From contig CAYVOE010000151.1 of assembly GCA_964452795.1 (NCBI GenBank), positions 1 to 10,811 of the forward strand: 10,811 bases of DNA. The letters are read 5' to 3'. A program made the translations under genes and the position numbers. Position 1 is the first letter of the stretch; each line of letters opens with the position of its first letter. The stretch comes from an uncultured Nitrospiraceae bacterium (lineage in GTDB: Bacteria; Hydrogenedentota; Hydrogenedentia; Hydrogenedentales; SLHB01). The notes below the pieces were generated by a model, which saw only the letters and a program-made list of their open reading frames with translations, had not been told where the DNA came from and ran no database searches. This document shows, in pieces, positions 1 to 6,322 of the stretch.

Positions 1-662
1 TAGCCCAGGGTCAGCGAGCGACAGCGAGCGCCACCCTGGGATCAGGACCACACCCACCCCCGTCTTTTCCCCGAAGGGGATCCATACGTAGGCATACAGG
101 TCAGCCATTCGCTCGGTCTGTTCCGCCACCGACATGTGCCCCGGTCATCGCCGGCCTGTGAGGACTGCGCCCAACGGGGTCATGAGCCTGCCCCAACCCG
201 TCATTGCGAGGAGCGATCGCGTGCGCAAACGCTTGCGGCAGGAGGGTTTACAATGATCGAATCCATGCCGTTTGTGAGCGCACGGGCATAAGCGACGCGG
301 CAATCTCACCCGTGGTAGGACTACAGGCTTAGGTCAAAGGCTCATGTGAGATTGCCGCGTCGCTTATGTAGGGGTGCCCACCGAAGGTATGGGTGCAACC
401 AACGGTTGCTCCCCCGCATCCTCTTTACTCCTACAGGGGGTCCGCTCCTCGCAATGACGGGTGGGGGCACCCTCACCTCCCCATCCAGCGCAGTCCTCGC
501 AGTCATGCGACGGGTGGGGGCGTCGTCAATCCCGCTGCTGCCGTGTCTAATGGTTAGCCGGTATCGCTGCGTATGTATCCCCTTCGGGGAAAAGAACGGG
601 GGTGGGTGGTGGTGGACCTGATCCCAGGGTGGCGCTCGCTTACGCTCGCTGACCCTGGGCTA
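1..662. repeat. Large nested imperfect palindrome (structured repeat element, copy A). Concentric inverted-repeat pairs: P0 1-92 vs 571-662 (about 90 bp, about 6 differences); P1 158-170 vs 489-501; P2 196-215 vs 444-463 (20 bp perfect); P3 288-310 vs 345-367 (23 bp perfect). All are centred near 328. Non-coding; may extend left of the window.
   Basis: Direct reading: the reverse complement of 617-662 matches 1-46 with 2 mismatches, and the reverse complement of 571-616 matches 47-92 with small indels. acccgtcattgcgaggagcg pairs with cgctcctcgcaatgacgggt. cataagcgacgcggcaatctcac pairs with gtgagattgccgcgtcgcttatg. gtgaggactgcgc pairs with gcgcagtcctcgc (one G-T). The only ORF inside (346-621) has junk-like composition. 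Confidence 0.7.
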
Positions 663-775
663 AATCATGTATCCCCTTCGGGGAATTTTCCGCGGTTCGA
701 GTTCAGCCCCGAAAGGGTCGCGACGCAGGTCGACCTGAATCCCTGCGCATGTATCCCTTCGGGGCATCGTCCACG
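571..775 (+). repeat. Degenerate tandem array (period about 82-92 bp) of a 17-nt motif ATGTATCCCCTTCGGGG, containing a C(UUCG)G tetraloop hairpin. Copies at 573-589, 667-683 and 749-764, with an inverted copy at 69-87 inside P0. A C(GAAA)G GNRA-type hairpin lies at 707-717.
   Basis: Three direct copies were read off the + strand. The units also share gacctga(a)tccc near their 3' ends. The tetraloop stems are CCCC/GGGG and CCC/GGG. Confidence 0.6.
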
Positions 776-825
776 GCCAAGCGAGCGGTGAGTCTGGGCC
801 GGGGAAAGCGGTGGGGCGCCGGGGG

Positions 826-1179
826 TTACCGGCGCCCGTCCCGTTCTACGAGTTGCCAGCTTTGGTTGATGCTGGGGACGTGGATCCAGAAGAGGCTGCG
901 GGGGTCGATGTCTTCGGTCGCGGTGCTGCGTCCGAAACGGAGGTTCTGGGCGGCGTAGATCCAGTTTCCGTGGACCTCGAGGATGGTGAGCTCGGGGCCC
1001 TGCGGACCGAAGGTGACGACGTTGTCCCTTTGAAAGATGGGGGGAAGGCTCGAATCGGGAGGGGCGATCGCCTGGGCGTGGGCGGCCGACGGTCGTCCGT
1101 CGAGGTCGTTCCGGTCCACCCATACGAGCGCGGCCAGCACGGCGAGGGCCAGTCCGAGGATCCACTGGTTTCGATTCAT
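826..1179 (-). CDS. Small hypothetical protein, about 117 aa, with an N-terminal signal-anchor/TM helix (MNRNQWILGLALAVLAALVWV) followed by a soluble domain of about 90 aa; function unknown.
   Basis: ATG at 1179 is preceded by GGAGAG at a 5-nt spacing on the - strand. The ORF-track start at 1206 is a TTG lacking an RBS. A 9-bp GC hairpin (814-837) overlaps the stop codon. Confidence 0.55.
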   Translation of the reverse strand: MNRNQWILGLALAVLAALVWVDRNDLDGRPSAAHAQAIAPPDSSLPPIFQRDNVVTFGPQGPELTILEVHGNWIYAAQNLRFGRSTATEDIDPRSLFWIHVPSINQSWQLVERDGRR

Positions 1180-1405
1180 TCGTACTCTCCTTTGGAAATG
1201 CGGCAAACGGAGGACTTCGCCCGATTCGGGTTCGAGCGGGCTATAGCCTAAGCCCCGCCGGCGGCGGCGTCAACGGGCGCCGCGGACGTCGGGCGAAACG
1301 CAGGGCGAGGAGAGAACGATGACTGGGGCGAGACAAGGGCCCCGCACGCGACGACCCGGCCTGCGGCCGCCGCTCAACGGGGAGCCCCCGAGACGTCTTG
1401 AATGA

Positions 1406-1425
1406 AAACCCGCCGGGGCGGATTC
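1406..1425 (-). terminator. Weak candidate intrinsic terminator after the slyD-like gene: a short GC hairpin (ccgcc/ggcgg) followed on the - strand by GTTTTCATT.
   Basis: Hairpin at 1410-1421 with a downstream T-rich tract on the - strand. The stem is only 4-5 bp. Confidence 0.25.
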
Positions 1426-1852
1426 AGCGTATCTCGAGCAACTGAATGTCGAAGATCAGGTCCTGGCCGGCCAACGGGTGGTTGGCATCCAGCTTCACCA
1501 TTTCGTCGGTGACTTCCGAGACCACGGCGGACTGGGTCTGGCCGTCGGACCGACGCAACTGGAGCGGCAACCCCACCTGGGGCTCGATGTCCTCGGGAAA
1601 ACGCGTGCGCTCGACTTCCAGGATCATGTCTTCGCGGTAGGGGCCGTAGGCCTGGTCCGCGGCGATCCGCTCGGTTTTCGAGTCGCCGGGGCTCATGCCG
1701 ATGACGGCGTGCTCGAAGCCGGGGATGATGTTGCCTTCGCCGATGGTGAACCGCAGGGGCTCGCGATTTTCCGAGGTGTCGAATACGGTGCCGTCTTCCA
1801 GTCGTCCCGTGTAGTGGACGTGCACGGTGTCGCCTTGCTTCGCATGTGGCAT
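1424..1852 (-). CDS. slyD: FKBP-type peptidyl-prolyl cis-trans isomerase, SlyD/SlpA-like (142 aa).
   Basis: N-terminal GDTVHVHYTGRLEDGTVFDTS ... PLRFTIGEGNIIPGFEHAVIGMSPGDSK is the canonical FKBP fold signature with the SlyD-type IF-domain arrangement. ATG at 1852 with AAGGA 9 nt upstream. Confidence 0.9.
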   Translation of the reverse strand: MPHAKQGDTVHVHYTGRLEDGTVFDTSENREPLRFTIGEGNIIPGFEHAVIGMSPGDSKTERIAADQAYGPYREDMILEVERTRFPEDIEPQVGLPLQLRRSDGQTQSAVVSEVTDEMVKLDANHPLAGQDLIFDIQLLEIR

Positions 1853-1887
1853 TGGGGGAATTCCTTTTTCGATAGGGTGGGGGACGT

Positions 1888-1912
1888 AAAAAGGCCCGCC
1901 GAATCGGGCCCG
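1888..1912 (-). terminator. Intrinsic terminator-like hairpin plus U-tract on the - strand (GGCCCG-auucgg-CGGGCC then UUUUUA), located in the slyD 5' leader immediately upstream of the slyD RBS. Candidate attenuator, or the 3' end of a short sRNA.
   Basis: + strand reads gtaaaaaggcccgccgaatcgggccc: a 6-bp all-GC stem with a 6-nt loop and an A-run on + (a T-run on the - strand). Confidence 0.5.
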
Positions 1913-1966
1913 GAGGTCCTGTGTGGTCCCCTAACACGGATGGGAGACAATCTGATTTTCGGGCTT

Positions 1967-1995
1967 CAGTATCGTCGCTCGATGCGGCGATGTCA
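1967..1995 (-). promoter_or_regulatory. Candidate sigma70-type promoter on the - strand (TTGACA-N17-GATACT) that would start transcription about 50 nt upstream of the 1888-1912 terminator hairpin.
   Basis: Reverse complement of 1967-1995 is ttgacatcgccgcatcgagcgacgatact: a perfect -35, a 17-nt spacer and a 4/6 -10. Confidence 0.4.
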
Positions 1996-2097
1996 ACCGC
2001 CGGCCGTGGTTCGTGCGGCATTTACGTAAAGAGCGCCGTCTGCGGAGAGCCATCCCCCCGCAATTCAATGGCCCGGGGGGCGTAATCCCATGCCGCT

Positions 2098-2132
2098 GTT
2101 GACTTTCGCGCGCTATCGTGCTTAACTGGCGT
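2098..2132 (+). promoter_or_regulatory. Possible promoter for csp (TTGACT-N17-TTAACT), giving a long 5' UTR of about 110 nt, as is typical for cold-shock genes.
   Basis: ttgactttcgcgcgctatcgtgcttaact. The -10 match is weak. Confidence 0.25.
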
Positions 2133-2241
2133 TGTTGCGTTGGTAGGTCGTTCTCTGTCAAGGGGTACGCTGTGGTACATGGGACGGGGAACGGGTTAGG
2201 GTCTTTTCGGTAGCGGAAAGGCCTAGTGCGGAGGTGGACAC

Positions 2242-2445
2242 GTGGCAACGGGTACAGTAAAGTGGTTCAGCGACGAAAAGGGGTACGGATTCATCGTACC
2301 GGATGATGGAGGGTCGGACCTTTTTGTCCACCATTCCAACATCGAAATGCAGGGCTTCCGGACGCTTCAGGACGGGATGAAGGTGGTGTACGAGCCGAGT
2401 CAGGGCAAGAAAGGCCCCGAAGCGACCAACGTACGCCCGGCCTGA
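2242..2445 (+). CDS. cspA: Cold-shock protein, CspA family (67 aa, GTG start).
   Basis: [34 protein letters not shown] carries the RNP1-like KGYGFI and RNP2-like VFVHH motifs. GGAGG RBS at 2229-2233. Confidence 0.92.
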   Translation: MATGTVKWFSDEKGYGFIVPDDGGSDLFVHHSNIEMQGFRTLQDGMKVVYEPSQGKKGPEATNVRPA

Positions 2446-2468
2446 CGGCGTTTCTCGGGAAGAGGATG

Positions 2469-2505
2469 CCCCGGCGCTTTTGCGTCGGGGTTTCCTTTTT
2501 CTTTC
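2469..2505 (+). terminator. Rho-independent terminator of csp.
   Basis: ccccggcgc-tttt-gcgtcgggg: a 9-bp stem (one G-U) followed by tttcctttttctttc. Confidence 0.8.
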
Positions 2506-2700
2506 GGACAATGGCCTGGGCCTCGGTTGAAGGCCAACGGAATCCAAAAAGCACCGCTACCGGAATGGTTGCTTGCGGGCCGTGTTTCTTCGGTCCGCAG
2601 GCGGGACACATTCCGGGAAGTCGCAGGCCTGTGTCCGGAAAGGCCGTCGCGGCGAGGACGAGCGGGAGATGAGCGGGTCCGGCGTTGCCGGTGAAGGAGC

Positions 2701-2850
2701 CTACTCGGGCTCCTTGTCCGGCACGGTCAACGCGTCGAGCAAGATCTGCGCGAGCGCGAGCAGGACCATCCACGCCAATCCCGGCTGCCCGCGGCCGTCG
2801 TCGATCACGACAATCGCCGGTGCCACCGTCACCTTCCGAATGTGGGGCAT
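2701..2850 (-). CDS. Small hypothetical membrane peptide (49 aa: MPHIRKVTVAPAIVVIDDGRGQPGLAWMVLLALAQILLDALTVPDKEPE).
   Basis: ATG at 2850 with GGGAGGA 7 nt upstream on the - strand. The ORF-track start at 3027 lacks an RBS. One predicted TM helix. A hairpin (2695-2712) overlaps the stop codon. Confidence 0.45.
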   Translation of the reverse strand: MPHIRKVTVAPAIVVIDDGRGQPGLAWMVLLALAQILLDALTVPDKEPE

Positions 2851-3212
2851 CGTCCGAGTCCTCCCTGGTGGCGCGTAACGCGCGTCCCTAATGTACGCTC
2901 CGGAACGGCGTTGCGACAACACATTTTTCCGAACCGGCCGCACGGCGGGGCGGGCCAATCCGGTGCGTCCCTTGGTCGGTGAAACTCGCATGCGAGCGTC
3001 GCCAACTTGAGGCGTCGCTAACCACATCGGCTCCTGGGCAAGAACGGCCGAGTTTTCGGCAAACCACGTCCATTCAGTGACTTAACCCCGTCTTCGCCGC
3101 TTGGCATGAGGATTGTTTATTCAGGAAACGGCTCCCGGAGTACGTACGGCCCGGAGGCGATTGGGTGATGCGGCAAAGAGGAATCGGCTCGACCCGCGCC
3201 CCCGCAATTCTC

Positions 3213-3241
3213 GTTGAACGGCTGTGTGGCCTGAGCTATCG
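3213..3241 (+). promoter_or_regulatory. Possible promoter of the nfeD-flotillin operon (TTGAAC-N17-TATCGT).
   Basis: ttgaacggctgtgtggcctgagctatcgt, about 75 nt upstream of the nfeD ATG. Confidence 0.25.
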
Positions 3242-3315
3242 TAAGTGAGGCCATTCACACGACTCGGCACACGGCGCTCGAGGGGATTGCCGCGCGGCGA
3301 GCGAGGGAGACGCAT

Positions 3316-3927
3316 ATGACAACCATATTCATGGTGTGCGCGGTGGCGGGCTCGGTTATCGTGGTGGTCCAGTTCATCCTGTCCCTGGCGGGCGTCGGCC
3401 ACGACTTCGACTCCGACTTCTCGGCCGACGGGGCGGACGCGTTCGATCCCGGCGCCGGCCACTTCGATCATCCGCCCGGTCACGAGGGCGGCCATTTCTT
3501 CGGGATCCTCAGTTTTCGATCCGTGGTGGCGGCCCTGGCCGTCTTCGGCCTGGCGGGACTGGCGTCGGACACGGCGGGCTTTCCGCAGGGCGTGTCCTTC
3601 GTGGCGGCCCTGGCCGCGGGCGCGGCGGCGCTGGTGCTGGTGGCGTGGACCATGCGTTTTCTCTACGGCCTGCGCGACGACGGCACAGTGCACATCGAGC
3701 GGGCCGTGGGCCACACGGGCACGGTCTATCTGAAAGTGCCGGCGGCGCGGGCCGGAGCGGGCAAGGTCTTTCTAAACCTGCAGAACCGGACCGTCGAGCT
3801 TCAGGCGGTGACGGCGGAGGAAAGCGCCCTCCCGGCGGGGGCGCCTGTGGTGGTCGTGGGAGTCGTGGGTCCAAACACGGTGGAAGTGGAGCCGGTAGCG
3901 CGGGAGGAGAGACACGTCCATGCCTAG
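3316..3927 (+). CDS. nfeD: NfeD-like membrane protein (short form, YuaF/YqiJ-like; 203 aa): an N-terminal TM helix, a His/Asp-rich loop, two further TM helices and a C-terminal OB-fold beta domain.
   Basis: Membrane topology plus a C-terminal beta-rich domain (GTVYLKV...VVVVGVVGPNTVEVEPV). The gene overlaps the start of the downstream flotillin gene by 8 nt, which is the canonical NfeD-SPFH operon arrangement. GGGAGA RBS. Confidence 0.75.
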   Translation: MTTIFMVCAVAGSVIVVVQFILSLAGVGHDFDSDFSADGADAFDPGAGHFDHPPGHEGGHFFGILSFRSVVAALAVFGLAGLASDTAGFPQGVSFVAALAAGAAALVLVAWTMRFLYGLRDDGTVHIERAVGHTGTVYLKVPAARAGAGKVFLNLQNRTVELQAVTAEESALPAGAPVVVVGVVGPNTVEVEPVAREERHVHA

Positions 3928-5635
3928 TCTGTTTGTGAACATGCCGCTGGTGATGCTGGCGATCATCGTTCTGATCCTGTTCGTGGGCTTCGTGCTCCTG
4001 CTCGCGAACCGGTACAAGCGCTGCCCGAGCAACCGGGTCCTGGTGATCTTCGGTAAGGTGGGCACGGGACAGACGTGCAAAACCATACACGGCGGCGCGG
4101 CCTTCGTGTTGCCGCTGGTCCAGGACTATGCCTTCCTGAGCCTCGAACCCCTCCAGATCGAGGTGCCCCTGCGCGATGCCCTGTCCATCGAGAACATCCG
4201 GGTCAACGTGCCGAGCGTGTTCACGGTGGCGGTGGGCACGGAACCGGAGGTGATGCAGAACGCGGCCATCCGTTTGCTGGGCCTCGATAACAACCAGATC
4301 CGCAAGCAGACGGAAGACATCATCTTCGGTCAGCTCCGCCAGGTCATCGCCACGATGCACATCGAGGACATCAACCGCGATCGCGAGCAGTTCCTCGCCA
4401 ACATCCAGAATTCGGTCGAACCGGAGCTGCGCAAGATCGGCCTCGTGCTCATCAACGTCAACATCACCGACATCACCGATGCCTCGGGCTACATCGAGGC
4501 CATCGGACAGAAGGCGGCGTCCCAGGCGATTCAGCAGGCCCGGGGCGACGTGGCCGAGCAGGAGAAGCTGGGCGAGGTGCGCGTGGCCGAGGCCGAGCGC
4601 GAGAAGCTGGTCCAGGTGGCCAACGCCAACCGGTCGCGCGAGATCGGCATTCGGGAAGCCCAGCGGGACCAGGCGGTCCGGGTGGCCGAGCTCGAGCGCG
4701 AGCAGAAGGTCGCCGAACAGGCGGCCGTCTTCGCCCGCGACGCCCAGGTCAAAGACGAAGAGCGCAAGATGCGCATCGCCATGGCCGAGGCCAACGCCAA
4801 GGCCGTCCAGGGCGAGAACGAGGCCCAGGCCATCGTCGCCGATACCAATGCCCAGTTGCAGGTGCGCCAGGCGGCGGCCAATGCCACGGCCATCGAGGGC
4901 GAAAACACGGCCAACGCCGCCATCGCCGCGTCGAACGCCCAACTGCAGGTGAAACGGGCCGAGGCCTTCCAGCTCGGCGAGACGCGCAAACGCGAGGCCG
5001 AGGCCGCCGTGCTCGAGGCCCAGAACCGGGCGTTGGCGAAGGCCGCCCTCGCCGAGGCGGAAAAGGTGGAGGCGGAGCGCCGGGCCGAACTCGAAGCGCC
5101 CGCCAAGGCCGAGAAGGCCAGGGCCATCGTCGAGGCCGAGGCCGTTGCCGAACGCACCCGCATCGAGGCCGAAGGCGAGGCCAAGGCGATCTTCTCGAAG
5201 CTCGAGGCCGAGGCCCTGGGCCAGTACCAGATCCTGATGAAGAAGGGCGAGGGCCTGCGCGCCATCATCGAGGCCGCCGGCGGCGCCGGACCCGCCTTCC
5301 AGCTCCTCTTGCTCGAGCACCTGGACACCCTGGCTCAGACCGCGGCCCAGGCCATCTCGAACATCAAGTTCGACAAGGTCATCGTGTGGGAAGGGGGCGG
5401 ACAGAACGGCCACAGCAACACGGCCAGCTTTCTTCAGAGCTTCGCCCGCAGCATGCCGCCCATGCTCCAGATCATGAAGGACAACGGCGGCATCGAGCTG
5501 CCCGAATCCCTGGTCAAGATCGCCGAGGTCTCTTCCGACGGCGCGCGGCCCGCACCCGTCAAGGCCGACACCCCCGTGCCCAGGCCGAAGGACCCCGAGG
5601 AGGCCACCCCCATCGTGCCCCAGGCCCAGGCCTGA
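3920..5635 (+). CDS. floT: Flotillin-like SPFH/band-7 protein (FloT/YqiK family; 571 aa): an N-terminal membrane anchor, an SPFH domain and a long Ala/Glu-rich coiled coil.
   Basis: NRYKRCPSNRVLVIFGKVG...HGGAAFVLPLVQDYAFLSLEPLQIEVP is the characteristic flotillin SPFH N-terminus, followed by extended EA-repeat coiled-coil segments. GGAGGAGAG RBS. Confidence 0.88.
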   Translation: MPSLFVNMPLVMLAIIVLILFVGFVLLLANRYKRCPSNRVLVIFGKVGTGQTCKTIHGGAAFVLPLVQDYAFLSLEPLQIEVPLRDALSIENIRVNVPSVFTVAVGTEPEVMQNAAIRLLGLDNNQIRKQTEDIIFGQLRQVIATMHIEDINRDREQFLANIQNSVEPELRKIGLVLINVNITDITDASGYIEAIGQKAASQAIQQARGDVAEQEKLGEVRVAEAEREKLVQVANANRSREIGIREAQRDQAVRVAELEREQKVAEQAAVFARDAQVKDEERKMRIAMAEANAKAVQGENEAQAIVADTNAQLQVRQAAANATAIEGENTANAAIAASNAQLQVKRAEAFQLGETRKREAEAAVLEAQNRALAKAALAEAEKVEAERRAELEAPAKAEKARAIVEAEAVAERTRIEAEGEAKAIFSKLEAEALGQYQILMKKGEGLRAIIEAAGGAGPAFQLLLLEHLDTLAQTAAQAISNIKFDKVIVWEGGGQNGHSNTASFLQSFARSMPPMLQIMKDNGGIELPESLVKIAEVSSDGARPAPVKADTPVPRPKDPEEATPIVPQAQA

Positions 5636-5665
5636 GGGTCGTGGGTCGGCCCTGATGCAGGGGCA

Positions 5666-5711
5666 ATGAAAAACGACAGGCCCGGGCTTGCGTAAGAACA
5701 AGCCCGGGCCT
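5666..5711 (-). terminator. Intrinsic terminator for nrdR on the - strand. The hairpin aggcccgggcttg/caagcccgggcct (13 bp) is followed on the - strand by CGTTTTT. It may also act as a U-tract-less terminator for the flotillin gene on the + strand.
   Basis: A perfect 13-bp stem at 5678-5711 with an 8-nt loop; the A-run at 5668-5676 on + corresponds to a T-run on the - strand. Confidence 0.75.
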
Positions 5712-5782
5712 GTGGTCTGAAAGGTCCGTTAATTTCCGTGGGCCCCGCCGTTGCCCGTGACCGCTTCCCCGTGGAAAGGACC

Positions 5783-6232
5783 TCAGGTAAGAAGGTCTTT
5801 CAACTCGTTCATGAATTCGTTGAGGTCTTTGAACTGGCGATAGACGGAGGCGAAGCGGACGTAGGCGACTTCGTCGAGGCGGCGCAGGCGCTCCATCACG
5901 GCGAGGCCGATGTCTTCGGTGGAGACTTCGTGTTCGCTCGAGTTGAACAGGGAGCGTTCGACGTCGTCGATGAGGGCGTCCACCTGATCGAGGCTGACCG
6001 GACGCTTCTCGCAGGCCTTGAGGATGCCGCTCTTGACTTTCCAGCGGTCGAAGGTCTCGCGGCGGCCGTCTTTCTTGATGACCATCTGGGCGACTTCTTC
6101 GATGCGTTCGTAGGTGGTGAAACGTCGCCCGCACTTGAGGCATTCGCGGCGTCGGCGGATGGCGTCGCCTTCTTTGGATGACCGCGAATCGACCACTTTT
6201 CCCTCGAGGTGGTTGCAGAAGGGGCATCTCAT
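5783..6232 (-). CDS. nrdR: Transcriptional repressor NrdR (149 aa): an N-terminal zinc ribbon and an ATP-cone domain.
   Basis: [42 protein letters not shown] carries the conserved CxxC...CxxC ribbon, followed by an ATP-cone. Confidence 0.95.
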   Translation of the reverse strand: MRCPFCNHLEGKVVDSRSSKEGDAIRRRRECLKCGRRFTTYERIEEVAQMVIKKDGRRETFDRWKVKSGILKACEKRPVSLDQVDALIDDVERSLFNSSEHEVSTEDIGLAVMERLRRLDEVAYVRFASVYRQFKDLNEFMNELKDLLT

Positions 6233-6270
6233 GGCGCGGTTTTCCGGTTAGTTTGGGGACATCGTAAGGT

Positions 6271-6315
6271 CATATTTTTCGAAATTACCTGCTCCTGTCA
6301 AGATATTATCACTTG
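6271..6315 (-). promoter_or_regulatory. Candidate nrdR promoter on the - strand (a perfect TTGACA -35 at 6301-6296, followed by an A/T-rich -10 region). A 17-bp imperfect palindrome caagatattatcacttg (6299-6315) overlaps the -35 and is a possible NrdR-box-like operator.
   Basis: Reverse complement is caagtgataatatcttgacaggagcaggtaatttcgaaaaatatg. The region is AT-rich and lies in the 90-bp gap between rsmD and nrdR. Confidence 0.3.
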
Positions 6316-6322
6316 AAATCTA

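Noticed and set aside
346-621. 91-aa ORF inside the palindromic element.
   Set aside because: It has no RBS and a Gly/Trp/Arg-rich low-complexity translation, and it spans conserved inverted-repeat blocks. It is more likely non-coding.
691-720. tRNA-like T-arm (GGTTCGAGTTC) at 694-704.
   Set aside because: The flanking sequence cannot form an acceptor stem, D-arm or anticodon arm, and the T-stem does not pair. No tRNA is present.
571-775. CRISPR array interpretation of the ATGTATCCCCTTCGGGG repeats.
   Set aside because: There are only 3 direct copies. The repeat is 17 nt and the spacers are 65-77 bp with shared sequence between units. No cas genes are present. The pattern fits a degenerate tandem duplication or structured RNA better than CRISPR.
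1374-2021. 215-aa - strand ORF and 183-aa + strand ORF overlapping slyD.
   Set aside because: Out of frame with, or antisense to, the clear FKBP gene. Arg/Pro-rich junk translations.
3509-5701. 730-aa ORF on the - strand, antisense to the flotillin gene; also the 265-aa ORF at 4531-5328 and the 157-aa ORF at 4479-4952.
   Set aside because: The translations are Pro/Arg/Gly/Leu-rich, low-complexity and without motifs. This is typical of stop-codon-poor antisense frames in high-GC DNA. The sense-strand flotillin has clear homology and an RBS.
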